From: an uncultured bacterium
Lineage (GTDB): Bacteria; Fidelibacterota; Marinisomatia; Marinisomatales; UBA1611
NCBI GenBank assembly: GCA_943788175.1
Contig: CALSPG010000008.1
Location: 32,001 to 96,000, forward strand
DNA: 64,000 nucleotides
Reading direction: 5' to 3'
This document shows, one piece after another, positions 27,009 through 37,583 of the stretch; positions within the stretch are counted from its first letter, which is position 1; every line of letters begins with the position of its first letter. The translations under genes were made by a program, and so were the position numbers. A model generated the notes under the pieces. That model was not told where the DNA came from. It saw only the letters and a list, made by a program, of their open reading frames with translations, and did no database searches.

Positions 27009-27614
27009 ATGAAACACATACTAAAAATATTTCTTGCATTCGCAACGTTAGTTGTAGCGCAAGACTCTACAATGAATGTAGAAAAAGAACCCAGCCTTCC
27101 AGGATGGGGAGTCTATATAGGTGGAGCATTTGGGAATGCAACAGCTGTAGATGATTTGCCAGATGAGGTCAAACTAGAGTCTCGATTAGTATTGCCAAAT
27201 ATCGGAGTGACCAAGGGTTTAATGCTCGGGCCTGTGCCACTAATAGTTGGTTTTGGTTATCACCCTAGGGGTTATACATATAAATCTAATTTTGATTATG
27301 CAGTTGAAGCAGATTATCAAATAGATATGCTTGACTTCTGGGCTACGGTTCCTTACCCCGTTAGTGATAGAGCAATTCTTCAAGCTGGATTTCTGGTCGG
27401 AACCTGTTTAGGTGGTAAGGTAATAATTGATGGTGAAGACGATATAGATCTTGAAGAAATCGAAGGCGAACCTGATTTTGGTATTATGCTTGGTGGTGGT
27501 TTTGCAATTACCGAACAAGTTGGTGTTAATTGTGCTTATTACATCGGATTAGCAGAATTTGATGATCAAATGAAGTTTAATGGTCTGGTTTTTAATTTAG
27601 GATATAATTTCTAA
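27009..27614 (+). CDS. Outer-membrane beta-barrel protein
   Basis: Signal peptide, alternating amphipathic strands, C-terminal LGYNF. Confidence 0.8.
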   Translation: MKHILKIFLAFATLVVAQDSTMNVEKEPSLPGWGVYIGGAFGNATAVDDLPDEVKLESRLVLPNIGVTKGLMLGPVPLIVGFGYHPRGYTYKSNFDYAVEADYQIDMLDFWATVPYPVSDRAILQAGFLVGTCLGGKVIIDGEDDIDLEEIEGEPDFGIMLGGGFAITEQVGVNCAYYIGLAEFDDQMKFNGLVFNLGYNF

Positions 27615-27632
27615 TTAAAAGTTATTTTCTTT

Positions 27633-27663
27633 AAAAAAGCCTCGGTAACGAGGCTTTTTTTTT
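27633..27663 (+). terminator. Rho-independent terminator
   Basis: A6-GCCTCG-GTAA-CGAGGC-T9. Confidence 0.9.
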
Positions 27664-27691
27664 ATCATCAAATAAACATAGTATCTATGTC

Positions 27692-28063
27692 ATGAAACTT
27701 GATTTAAAATTTATAAGTGTAGTAATAATGAGTGTATTCTATGTTTCTGTAGGTATTTCACATTTCACAAACCCTTTTTTGTACTTACAAATTATCCCTC
27801 CGGTACTTCCTTATAAATTGGCGCTTGTATACATTAGTGGTTTTTTTGAAATATTATTTGGAACAATGTTAATATATAAAAAAACACGATTTCTAGCTGG
27901 ATGGGGCCTTATAATGCTCCTAGTCGCTGTTTATCCTGCTAATATATATTTAGCTCAAACAAATGGTGCTGCTATGGATATTTCTGCAACTATTGCCTGG
28001 GCTAGACTTCCAATTCAATTTATTTTTATTGGTATTGCATATTGGCATTCAAAAATAAATTAA
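27692..28063 (+). CDS. DoxX-like membrane protein
   Basis: GISHF..P, LVYISGFFEI, VYPANI, WARLP.Q. Confidence 0.82.
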   Translation: MKLDLKFISVVIMSVFYVSVGISHFTNPFLYLQIIPPVLPYKLALVYISGFFEILFGTMLIYKKTRFLAGWGLIMLLVAVYPANIYLAQTNGAAMDISATIAWARLPIQFIFIGIAYWHSKIN

Positions 28064-28302
28064 TTTTGTTCTTTTAGTGGTACAGGATCATGTCCGTGAG
28101 TCCCCCACCAAGGATTACATCGAATGACTCTTTTTATAGCGAGCCATAATCCAAAAAAAACACCCCACTCATTAATTGCTCCTATCGCATAGTTTGAGCA
28201 AGTAGGCTGGTGAGCACAGTTTTGTCCTAAAAAAGGAGATAGGGTATATTGGTATATGCGGATAGGCATAATAAATAGTTTTGAAAATACTTTACTTAGC
28301 AT
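28060..28302 (-). CDS. yidD: Membrane protein insertion efficiency factor
   Basis: YQ..LSP....C...PTCSNYA..AI...G...G.WL...R..RCNPW. Confidence 0.9.
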   Translation of the reverse strand: MLSKVFSKLFIMPIRIYQYTLSPFLGQNCAHQPTCSNYAIGAINEWGVFFGLWLAIKRVIRCNPWWGTHGHDPVPLKEQN

Positions 28303-28354
28303 TTGTTAAAAATCTCGTAATTTTGTAAAAAGATATAATAAAATACATTTGATT

Positions 28355-29746
28355 ATGGCACAACTAAGATTATACAACTCTCTAACAAATAGAAAAGAAG
28401 ATTTTTCACCAATTGATAATGATCATGTTAAGGTATATACATGTGGTCCTACTGTTTATAATTTTGCGCATATTGGAAATGCCAGACCACCATTAGTTTC
28501 CGATATTTTAGTTAGGTTACTTAAGCAGTTATATAAAGAAGTCACATATGTTTCTAATATAACAGACATAGATGATAAAATAATTACTACATCCATTGAA
28601 CAAAAAGTACCCATAGCTGAACTGACAAAAAAATATGAAAATGTATATAACCAAAATTTAAAAGATTTAGGCGTCTCTAAGCCTGACCATCAACCAAGGG
28701 CGACAGATCACATTCAAGAAATGATAGTTCAAATAAAAGAATTAGTTAATAATGGACATGCTTATATAAGTGAGGGGCATGTTCTATTTAGTGTGAAAAC
28801 ATTTCCTAAATATGGTCAATTGTCTGGCAGAGATAAAGATCAACAATTGCATGGTAGTAGAGTGGAAGTAGCTTCTTATAAAAATGATCCAGCTGATTTT
28901 ATTTTATGGAAACCAAGTACAAGTGAACAACCAGGCTGGGATTCACCATGGGGATTTGGGCGCCCGGGTTGGCATTTAGAATGTTCTGCAATGTCGCAAA
29001 AAACCTTAGGCGTTCCATTCGATATCCATTCTGGCGGGCAAGATTTAATTTTTCCGCATCATGAAAATGAGCTGGCTCAATCTTGTGGAGCGCATGGAGA
29101 GATTGAAGATATTAACCATTATGCAAAATATTGGTTACATAATGGTATGATTAAATTTGATGGAGATAAGATGTCTAAGTCATTAGGTAATATTGTATAT
29201 ATTAATGACTTACTTAAAAAGTACAATGGTGAGGTTCTTAGACTTGTTTTACTATCAACGCATTATCGGCAGCCATTAAATTGGTCAGAAAAGTCAATTT
29301 TACAATCACAAAAAATGCTAGATAGGATGTATCGAACTTTGTACCAAATCGATGGCGAGGTATCAAAAGGGGCAGTAAACCCACCTAAAGAAATTATACA
29401 AGCCTTATGCGATGACCTAAATACTCCAGAAGCTATTGGACAATTAAATATTCTTTTTAATGACTTTCAGCATGCTAAAGGCAAGCAAAAAAATGAGTTG
29501 CTGTCACAAATCATGAGTGGCGCAAGTTTATTAGGGCTTTTAAATCAAAAGCCAGAGAACTGGCTTGGATATCAAAATGAGATGGATAGTAAGGATTTAA
29601 AAGAAGTTGAAAAATTAATAATGGACAGGGATAAGTATAGAATAGAAAAAAATTATAAAATGTCTGATCAAATCAGAGATGAATTAACTGCACTTGGTAT
29701 AGAAATCGAAGATAGTCCTCAAGGTACAAAGTGGCGTAAAACCTAA
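28355..29746 (+). CDS. cysS: Cysteine--tRNA ligase
   Basis: CGPTVY, HIGN, GRPGWHLECSAM, DLIFPHHENE, KMSKS. Confidence 0.97.
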   Translation: MAQLRLYNSLTNRKEDFSPIDNDHVKVYTCGPTVYNFAHIGNARPPLVSDILVRLLKQLYKEVTYVSNITDIDDKIITTSIEQKVPIAELTKKYENVYNQNLKDLGVSKPDHQPRATDHIQEMIVQIKELVNNGHAYISEGHVLFSVKTFPKYGQLSGRDKDQQLHGSRVEVASYKNDPADFILWKPSTSEQPGWDSPWGFGRPGWHLECSAMSQKTLGVPFDIHSGGQDLIFPHHENELAQSCGAHGEIEDINHYAKYWLHNGMIKFDGDKMSKSLGNIVYINDLLKKYNGEVLRLVLLSTHYRQPLNWSEKSILQSQKMLDRMYRTLYQIDGEVSKGAVNPPKEIIQALCDDLNTPEAIGQLNILFNDFQHAKGKQKNELLSQIMSGASLLGLLNQKPENWLGYQNEMDSKDLKEVEKLIMDRDKYRIEKNYKMSDQIRDELTALGIEIEDSPQGTKWRKT

Positions 29747-29747
29747 A

Positions 29748-30089
29748 TTATCCAGGTGGCCATTTCATTTGTCTACCGCCTAAAACATGTAAATGAATGT
29801 GATTTACGGTTTGGGCGCCATGTTCATTACAGTTAAATATTGTCCGATATCCTTTTTCTGAAATTCCCTCTTTTTTTGCTAGTTCTTTAGCAATAATGAA
29901 TAGCTCCCCAACTAAATTTTTATCGCCATCTTGTATATCATTAATTGTTTGAATTTCTTTTTTTGGAATTACTAAAAAGTGAACTGGCGCTTGGGGGTTT
30001 ATATCTCTGAATGCTAATATATCATCATTTTCAAATAAAATATCAGCAGGAATTTCTTTGTTAATTATTTTTGTAAATATGGTACTCAT
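29748..30089 (-). CDS. Histidine triad (HIT) nucleotide-binding protein
   Basis: [19 protein letters not shown]. Confidence 0.93.
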   Translation of the reverse strand: MSTIFTKIINKEIPADILFENDDILAFRDINPQAPVHFLVIPKKEIQTINDIQDGDKNLVGELFIIAKELAKKEGISEKGYRTIFNCNEHGAQTVNHIHLHVLGGRQMKWPPG

Positions 30090-30141
30090 GAAACTCTGAT
30101 TATGTTAATGATTTTATCAGAAATTTTCATGAGGGAAATAG

Positions 30142-30713
30142 TTAAGAATATAGTAGCTGCTTATCTTTAATAGATGAGTATTCTGATTGAATAAGGTAAT
30201 AAGATCCAAAAAGAACAGTTGTGAAAAGTAAATTACTGATTATTGTATTTTGCAGAAAGGGTAATCCGGCTGTGTAACACGCTAAAAGACCGATTAGGTT
30301 CTTAGAATACATTCCGCTTCCAATCCAGACACCAAAATTGGATATTAAAAAGAAAATAGCTCCTGATCCAAAAGCTGTTTTAAATGTTTTGGGTAATGAT
30401 ATATTATTTTTAAAAACATAAATATTTAATAAAATAATGATTAAATAAGAGCCATACTGCCATAGAAAACCTTTGTAGAACCAAACAAACTCTAGACTAG
30501 TTGTGTATACATAATTGTTTATAATTAAATCACTAAACCAAATAGCAAAAATAGAGATAAATAATGCGTGCCATTTTTTTGTAAATGAGCTGCCCCAAAT
30601 ATTCCGATTGCAAGAATAGGTGAAAAATTTGGAGGGTGGGGTAACAACCTCGTCATAGCGGCGATAAACATGATACCAATTAATAAGCTAAGATTTATAT
30701 TGAATTTTTTCAT
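30142..30713 (-). pseudogene. DUF6580-like membrane transport protein, split by a 1-nt frameshift near 30574-30585 (probably sequencing error)
   Basis: N-part RLLPHPPNFSPILAIGIFGAA; second frame continues KKWHALFISIFAIWFSD...FFLISNFGVW..SGMY.....GL.ACYTAGLPF..N to TAA at 30142. Confidence 0.8.
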
Positions 30714-30874
30714 TTTTTAATACGCAAGTTTATGTACTCATGACTGTAAGAGTCTAGTTTAAAAAAGTGATTAGAGTATTTAATTCAATATTTAAATAGA
30801 ATTATTGTATATAAAAATACAATTAGTCTGTATTGACTTTGATTTATTAACAGTAAATTTATTTATATATATAC

Positions 30875-31645
30875 ATGATTGAACTAGAAAATATATCTAA
30901 AGTATTCACCCTGACCAAAGATCAAAGAAAGGTTGTTGGTGATTCTATATTAAGGCCAAAGTTATTTACAGCTGTTGATTCTATAAGTTTTAAATGTAAT
31001 GCCAGTAGCGTTTTTGCCTTGCTCGGGCCAAATGGTTCTGGAAAAACCACTACGTTACGCATGATTTCAACAATGATCTCGCCGACATCAGGTTCTATTA
31101 AAATAAAAGGTAAAGATGTAACAAAAAATGGTCGCGAAGCTAGAAAATCTATTGGGTTTATGACGAATCAAACGGCTTTATATGATAGATTAAGTCCTTA
31201 TGAAATGGTTAAATATTTTGCGGATTTAAATAGTATGGAGAAGGTTGTTTTTGAGAAAAGGTGTAAAGATATTTTTGATACATTAGACATGAATTCTTTT
31301 GCTAATAAACGTATTGGCACTTTGAGCTCGGGAATGAAGCAAAAAACATCAATTGCGCGCACGATTATTCATAATCCAGATATTATCGTTTTTGATGAAC
31401 CAACTACGGGACTTGATGTTATGACCTCAAGGTCGATAATTGAACTAATTAGAAACTCAAAAGGCGAAAAGAAAACTATTATTTTTTCCTCGCATAGGAT
31501 GGAAGAAGTTCAATCACTGGCAGATGACATAGGTGTCATTTATAATGGAAAACTTATTTTTTCAGGAACGAAGCTAGATTTTGAGTCTTTATCTGATTCC
31601 TCAAGCTATGATGACACTTTAATTAACCTAATTGATAATTCATGA
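30875..31645 (+). CDS. ABC transporter ATP-binding protein (NatA-like)
   Basis: GPNGSGKTT, LSSGMKQK, FDEPTTGLD, SSH. Confidence 0.9.
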   Translation: MIELENISKVFTLTKDQRKVVGDSILRPKLFTAVDSISFKCNASSVFALLGPNGSGKTTTLRMISTMISPTSGSIKIKGKDVTKNGREARKSIGFMTNQTALYDRLSPYEMVKYFADLNSMEKVVFEKRCKDIFDTLDMNSFANKRIGTLSSGMKQKTSIARTIIHNPDIIVFDEPTTGLDVMTSRSIIELIRNSKGEKKTIIFSSHRMEEVQSLADDIGVIYNGKLIFSGTKLDFESLSDSSSYDDTLINLIDNS

Positions 31646-32835
31646 ATATTATTTATTCTATTTTTAAAAAAGAACTTATTGATGTTCTAAGGGATAGAAG
31701 AACTCTAATGTTTATGGTCGTTATTCCAATTTTAATAACACCATTATTGGTCATTGGTTCTATAAAATTCCAAGAATATCAAAATAAAAAATCTGAAGAG
31801 AAAATTTTAAGCATTGCTTTTATTAACGATTCTGGAGACTATTTAATAAAAGAATTACTATCGAATCAAAAAGGGGTAAAAGTAGTAGAAGGTATTGTAC
31901 TCGATAGCTTAGAATCATTTATTAGATCTGATTCACTTCAAGGAGGATTACATATTGATAAAAATTTTCTGAACAACATCAATTCAAATTCTTCTGGCTC
32001 GGTAAAAATTTATTATAAATCCTCGGATCTTATGAGTAAATCAAAAAAACGAATGCAATCAGCGTTAGAAAGTTATAAAAATGATATAGTATCTAAACGT
32101 TTAGAGAAATTAAAGTTTGATGAGGGGTTATTAGAACCCTTAGACATTACAAATGTTGATATGGCTACTGCTAAAGAAACACTTGGTAAGGCAATCGGAG
32201 GGTTTATACCATACGTTTTAGTGATGTTTATTTTTCTTGGTGCTATGTATCCAGCAATTGATTTAGGAGCGGGCGAAAAAGAAAGAGGGTCTTTAGAAAC
32301 ACTACTATCTTCTCCAGCAACGAAATTCGAAATTACAATGGGCAAATTATTAGTAGTGTCTTTAACTGGGTTGGTTTCTGGTCTTGTCTCAGTTTTAGGT
32401 ATTTCATCTTCATTATTTTTTATTGACAAAATACCAGTCCAAATACAAGAAACTATCCTTGAATTAATTAATCCATTTATGATAGGCTCTATTATTGTTC
32501 TCATGGTACCTATTGCTATATTTTTTGCTTCTATGCTATTATCCATATCTTTTTATTCTCGATCATTTAAAGAGGCGCAAAGTTTAATGGGACCTCTAAA
32601 TATGGTTATAATAGTTCCTTTGTTCTTAAGTCTGGGACCAGGAATGGAAATGGATCATGCTACAGCCTTAATGCCTTTAATAAATGTTGGCCTATTAACG
32701 AAAGAAATTTTAGCAGGATCTGTTGAACTAATATATTTCATAGAAACTTTATTCTCATTACTCTTTTGTGCCGCAATAGGAATTTGGTTTTCAGTTTATT
32801 GGTTTAAAAAAGAAAATACAATTTTTAGAGTATAG
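31642..32835 (+). CDS. ABC transporter permease (NatB-like)
   Basis: KKEL.D.LRDRRT, AGEKERGSLETLL, SFKEAQS; ATGA overlap. Confidence 0.9.
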   Translation: MNIIYSIFKKELIDVLRDRRTLMFMVVIPILITPLLVIGSIKFQEYQNKKSEEKILSIAFINDSGDYLIKELLSNQKGVKVVEGIVLDSLESFIRSDSLQGGLHIDKNFLNNINSNSSGSVKIYYKSSDLMSKSKKRMQSALESYKNDIVSKRLEKLKFDEGLLEPLDITNVDMATAKETLGKAIGGFIPYVLVMFIFLGAMYPAIDLGAGEKERGSLETLLSSPATKFEITMGKLLVVSLTGLVSGLVSVLGISSSLFFIDKIPVQIQETILELINPFMIGSIIVLMVPIAIFFASMLLSISFYSRSFKEAQSLMGPLNMVIIVPLFLSLGPGMEMDHATALMPLINVGLLTKEILAGSVELIYFIETLFSLLFCAAIGIWFSVYWFKKENTIFRV

Positions 32836-32889
32836 TACCTTTTTCTTTAATTTTTCTTTTCAAATAGTCACAAATTGAGGCAGTAAATA

Positions 32890-33375
32890 ATGATAAAAAT
32901 CCACATACTTATTATTTTATTCCATATTTCAGCGTTCACTTTTTCACAAACAATTAATATTGCAACTAATACACTTACAATTGGAATGGACAAACGTGAA
33001 GCTTTAATAAAAATGAATGAATTTATTGATCAATCTGCAATTGAACCTGAATCAGAAAATTATTGGTTGATAAATAATAATCAAATCGTTGGATCAATCG
33101 GGTTTGAAAATGAAAAACTTAGCTATGTTACAACTGATTGGGATGATGAAATAGATTATTTGGATTCAATTAATATGTTTAACACGCTATTTAAGGCATT
33201 AAAAAGTACTTTTGGATCCAATTATGAAGGTGATATCATTCTTCATTTAGAAGAAATAAATGAACTTAATTCTGAAAAATTAGGCATCAGTATTCAATCA
33301 AGTGATGGTAAAAGTGTGAGTATTAAAAGGGAAAATATTAGTTTAGAGATTCAACAAATAGCAAAAAAATTATAA
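32890..33375 (+). CDS. Hypothetical exported protein
   Basis: 161-aa ORF with signal-like N-terminus. Confidence 0.65.
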   Translation: MIKIHILIILFHISAFTFSQTINIATNTLTIGMDKREALIKMNEFIDQSAIEPESENYWLINNNQIVGSIGFENEKLSYVTTDWDDEIDYLDSINMFNTLFKALKSTFGSNYEGDIILHLEEINELNSEKLGISIQSSDGKSVSIKRENISLEIQQIAKKL

Positions 33376-33381
33376 AAATAT

Positions 33382-34941
33382 TCATTCATAATTTTTACTA
33401 TAGTTAATCTTTTTTTGTTCAAGCCTTTGTAGATGCTTACTTAGTCTTACCTCAAAACTTGAATAGTCTTTTCTATCTTTTTGTGACCATACAGTCTCAG
33501 CTAATGCACATAGTCTTGGTAGTAGCATATATTCTGCTTGCTCAGGAGTTTGAATATATTCTGTCCATAAATTGGCTTGTCCGCCTAGTATAAGATGTCT
33601 TTTACTTTTATCAATTTTTGCAGGAATTGGTTCAAAATCATAAACTTTTGAAAGGGGAAGATATCCACCTATCGCAAGCGGTTCATTCTTTGAATCTTTC
33701 AATTGATAATAATCAAAATATACATTTGTTGTTGGCGACATTATTACTTCATGACCAGCATTTGCTGCCTCTATTCCGCCATCCATGCCTCTCCAACTAT
33801 GAACGACTGCATTAGGTGCTAGGCCTCCTTCGAGAATTTCATCCCAACCAATCAGGCGCTTATTGAATTTTAATAATACTTTTTCAATGCGTTTAATAAA
33901 ATAACTTTGAAGCTCATTTTCATCTTTGAGTTTTTCTGAGAGTATTCGTTTTTGACATTTTTCACATTTAGACCATCTGTCTTTTGGGCACTCATCGCCT
34001 CCAATGTGAATATATGGCCCTGGAAAAACTTTTGAGACTTCTTCTAAGACTTTTTCTAAAAATTTGAATGTATCTTCGTTCCCAGCACAATAAACTTCTT
34101 TGTGAATTCCCCATACGGTTTCTGATTCATGTGGGCCTCCGGTACATGATAATTCGGGATAAGCTGATAAAGCAGCGGTGGCATGTCCAGGCATTTCGAT
34201 TTCTGGGATTACAGTAATGTGGCGATTTTTAGCATACTCTATTATTTCATTAATTTGTTCCATTGTATAGTAACCACCGTACTTAGAGTTATCAAACTTA
34301 TGTGGTTTATCATTATAGTGACCGATAAGAGTCTCTTTCCTGTATGCAGCAATTGACTTTAGCTTAGGGAAATTTTTAATAGGAATTCTCCAACCTTGAT
34401 CTTCTGTTAAGTGCCAATGGAAGATATTCATTTTGTGGGACGCTGTAATATCGATGCAACGTTTAATAAAATCTACTGGCATCATATGTCTTCCAACATC
34501 GAGCATCATTCCTCGCCACTGAAAGCGCGGTTCATCCTCAATTTTCAAGCCAGGAATTTTTAGCTCATTATTTATTCTACTTGTCTCCAGTAATTGAAGT
34601 AAAGTTTGAACTCCATAGAAAATGCCTTGGTAGTCTCTTGCCATTAGCATCATTCCATCATTATCAACTTTCAAGGTGTAAGATTCGTCTTTTTTTATGA
34701 CATTATCATTTAATGTAAAATATACTTTAGTATGATTTTTTTCATTAAGAGTTGATGGTTTAAATCCAAAACTTGAAAAGCTTGTTTTAAAATAATCATG
34801 GATTTTTTTTAATGCTTTATCATTGTCGTTATAAATAACTCTGATTGCAGTGTTTAAAGTTATGTCGAGATCTAATTTTTTAATGCTAGAGGGGATTGGA
34901 ATTAGTCCTAATTCATTAAAATTATTTAGGTTATCATTCAT
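33382..34941 (-). CDS. Beta-N-acetylhexosaminidase (GH20)
   Basis: PRFQWRGMMLDVGRH, HWHLTEDQGWR, PEIEMPGH, HIGGDE. Confidence 0.95.
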   Translation of the reverse strand: MNDNLNNFNELGLIPIPSSIKKLDLDITLNTAIRVIYNDNDKALKKIHDYFKTSFSSFGFKPSTLNEKNHTKVYFTLNDNVIKKDESYTLKVDNDGMMLMARDYQGIFYGVQTLLQLLETSRINNELKIPGLKIEDEPRFQWRGMMLDVGRHMMPVDFIKRCIDITASHKMNIFHWHLTEDQGWRIPIKNFPKLKSIAAYRKETLIGHYNDKPHKFDNSKYGGYYTMEQINEIIEYAKNRHITVIPEIEMPGHATAALSAYPELSCTGGPHESETVWGIHKEVYCAGNEDTFKFLEKVLEEVSKVFPGPYIHIGGDECPKDRWSKCEKCQKRILSEKLKDENELQSYFIKRIEKVLLKFNKRLIGWDEILEGGLAPNAVVHSWRGMDGGIEAANAGHEVIMSPTTNVYFDYYQLKDSKNEPLAIGGYLPLSKVYDFEPIPAKIDKSKRHLILGGQANLWTEYIQTPEQAEYMLLPRLCALAETVWSQKDRKDYSSFEVRLSKHLQRLEQKKINYSKNYE

Positions 34942-35073
34942 AATAGTTTTTTATGTATTGGATTGGTGATTATAATTATCAAATTATAAATATTTAAATC
35001 TTATTTAATGTGATAGAATAATTTATATGTGATTAATTTAAAAAGTGCTTTTATTAAATAATTCATTATAAAA

Positions 35074-35961
35074 ATGCTCTTAAATTTAAATTTAGGTGAT
35101 TTTTATGCTATAATGACTGCATTATGCTGGTCTTGTGGAGTGATATTTTTTGAAATTGCTGGCAGGTCTTTAAACACGCTGCAAATAAGCCTGTTAAAAA
35201 ATATTGTGGGCGTAATTGGTTTTATCCTTTTCCTTCTATTGCAAGGACACTCTTTTCCAATATTTAGCGATCAAGAGTATAATACATTAGTTATCAGTGG
35301 GATTATTGGTGTCGCAATTGGAGATATTCTCTTCTTAGCATCCTTGCGCAGGCTGGGTTCAAGTTTGAGCGCAATAATTAGCACTAGTTACACAGTGTTT
35401 GTATTTATTCTCGCTTATTTAATGTTTGATGAGGTAATCTCAATCATTTCATACTTGGGCGGTGTTCTTGTTATTACAGGAGTCATCATTGGAACGAATG
35501 ACCGCAGTATTAAAATCACACCAAAACAATTAGTTTTAGGTGTTCTCTACGGTCTTTTTGCCCATTTATGCACTGCATATTCTATATTATTAATCAAACC
35601 AGTAATGGAACATCATCCAATCGTACCAATTGCTTTAATTAGATTTAGCACTGGCGTAATAATAAGCGGGTTTATCTTATTGTACCTTAAGGGTCATTTA
35701 GCTTTGAAAGATACTATTATTAGAGGTTTTTCAAATTATAATTTATTAGCAGGTGCATTTTTCGGAACATTTTTATCTGTAATTTTATGGTTAGCTGGTT
35801 ACAAGTACACACTTGCTGGCAGAGCTGCGATTTATAATCAGCTCTCAACGATTTTTATAATTATTTTTGCTTCTATTTTTTTAAATGAATATTTAACAAA
35901 GCGAAAATGGGTAGCGATATTTTTAGCTTTAATAGGTTCTTTTATTGTTAGCATTTATTAG
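35074..35961 (+). CDS. DMT/EamA family transporter
   Basis: About ten TM segments in duplicated architecture, FLNE motif. Confidence 0.85.
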   Translation: MLLNLNLGDFYAIMTALCWSCGVIFFEIAGRSLNTLQISLLKNIVGVIGFILFLLLQGHSFPIFSDQEYNTLVISGIIGVAIGDILFLASLRRLGSSLSAIISTSYTVFVFILAYLMFDEVISIISYLGGVLVITGVIIGTNDRSIKITPKQLVLGVLYGLFAHLCTAYSILLIKPVMEHHPIVPIALIRFSTGVIISGFILLYLKGHLALKDTIIRGFSNYNLLAGAFFGTFLSVILWLAGYKYTLAGRAAIYNQLSTIFIIIFASIFLNEYLTKRKWVAIFLALIGSFIVSIY

Positions 35962-36916
35962 AAAATATGTTGAAGAAAGTCACCTTTTTATTCAACTTTT
36001 TTATGGACCGCGTTTAAATAGGAAAGAACTGTCCGAACTTTTTTCCAGTTGGAGAAAATCAAAAAATCGATCTCTTGAAGAAAAAAACAAAATTATAATA
36101 TCTGGAGTTCGATCGCAATATTCTGATTTATTCAAAAATTGGAAATGGATAATCATTCAAACTATTTTATGGTTAGCAATATCTATTAAATTTGATTTTA
36201 ACCCAATAATTAACATTATGGCTTTTTTTACTATTCTTAATCAATTTATACAAAACATTACGTCGCTTGCAAAAGATAAAAGACAAACATTTAATATTTT
36301 TATTGCCCAAGAAATTTTATCAACATTATCATTCTCAAGTTTACTTTTGGAAAAAGTATCTGATCTAAAGAAGGGAGAAAAGGTAATGAAGGCTAAAAAT
36401 ATAAATTACGCATCAAACTGCGAATGGACAGATATCAAGATACAATTATTACCAAACGAATATAATGATGAGCTTCCACACTTAAGAATAAATATTGGAC
36501 ATGAGAAAAGTGAGGTGTTACATGCTTCAAAATTGGGTTTGGTGCAAAATTCAGATTATAAAGCCCAAAACGAGCTTTTTGTTATTCTAAAAGCATTTGG
36601 TAAATATGGTACTTTCAAAGTAGAAGGTCATGGCTCCCAAAAAAAAGCTATTGAAAAATCATTAAACGATTTAATAGAAAATTTAAATCTTTATTTTGGT
36701 GAAAGAGATATAATGCCAATTGTCAAAAATGATAAAACTGAAAATTGGGAATGCTTTGTAAATATTGAGGATAGAACAAATAGTTGGCATCAGCTTGAGC
36801 TAGAAAGATATGAGGATATAAAAACTATGCTGCAAGAGTGGGTTCCGTTAATCGAGGAATTAGAAAAAGTAGATTTAGCTGAGCAATCTTATAGGATGAA
36901 GGGATATGAGTGGTAA
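35945..36916 (+). CDS. Hypothetical membrane-anchored protein (start uncertain)
   Basis: 323-aa ORF with two hydrophobic segments. Confidence 0.65.
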   Translation: MLAFIRKYVEESHLFIQLFYGPRLNRKELSELFSSWRKSKNRSLEEKNKIIISGVRSQYSDLFKNWKWIIIQTILWLAISIKFDFNPIINIMAFFTILNQFIQNITSLAKDKRQTFNIFIAQEILSTLSFSSLLLEKVSDLKKGEKVMKAKNINYASNCEWTDIKIQLLPNEYNDELPHLRINIGHEKSEVLHASKLGLVQNSDYKAQNELFVILKAFGKYGTFKVEGHGSQKKAIEKSLNDLIENLNLYFGERDIMPIVKNDKTENWECFVNIEDRTNSWHQLELERYEDIKTMLQEWVPLIEELEKVDLAEQSYRMKGYEW

Positions 36917-36969
36917 ATGAAATGGCTTTTTTAATACTTTTCTTGTGTTAATTATATTTAACATTAGAG

Positions 36970-37575
36970 ATGAGTTTGAGAGAAAATAATATGGAAAAAT
37001 ATCATAAGCTCTCAAAAGAAGAGATCAATGCTTTGCCTCTTATCAAATATGAAGGCGAAGTAGTAGTCTTGTCCTCAGACGATAATGTGCAAACAGCCAT
37101 CAATGACTTAATGAATTATGGAACGATAGGATTCGATACAGAAACAAAGCCTACTTTCGTTAAAGGCCCTCTTAATCCTCCTTCAATAATTCAATTAGCA
37201 ATAGAAAACCGGGTTTACATTTTTCAATTAGATAATAAAAATATTTTTGAAGCACTTACACCTATACTCTCGAACACAGACATTACTAAATGTGGAGTGT
37301 CAGTAGAAAGAGATTTGATTGAGTTAATGTATTTAGCACCATTTCATCCATCCTCTTTTATTGACTTAGGAAATGTAGCTAGAGGCAATGATATCCCTCA
37401 CCACGGCTTAAGGGGGCTAGTAGCAATGTTTCTAGAAAAAAGAATTTCAAAGGGCTCACAAATTTCTGATTGGAGTAAGGCTAAACTTTCCGAATCCCAA
37501 ATTTCTTATGCAGCAACAGATGCGTGGGTTAGTCTTAAATTATTTAAAGTCTTTGATCAACTAAAACTATTATAA
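36970..37575 (+). CDS. 3'-5' exonuclease (WRN/RNase D-like DEDDy)
   Basis: IGFDTETKP, IQLA, SDW....LS..QI.YAATDA. Confidence 0.9.
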   Translation: MSLRENNMEKYHKLSKEEINALPLIKYEGEVVVLSSDDNVQTAINDLMNYGTIGFDTETKPTFVKGPLNPPSIIQLAIENRVYIFQLDNKNIFEALTPILSNTDITKCGVSVERDLIELMYLAPFHPSSFIDLGNVARGNDIPHHGLRGLVAMFLEKRISKGSQISDWSKAKLSESQISYAATDAWVSLKLFKVFDQLKLL

Positions 37576-37583
37576 TTATTGAA

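Noticed and set aside
30714-30874. Cobalamin riboswitch upstream of the DUF6580-like gene
   Set aside because: Region is AT-rich with no recognisable B12-box or conserved riboswitch helices
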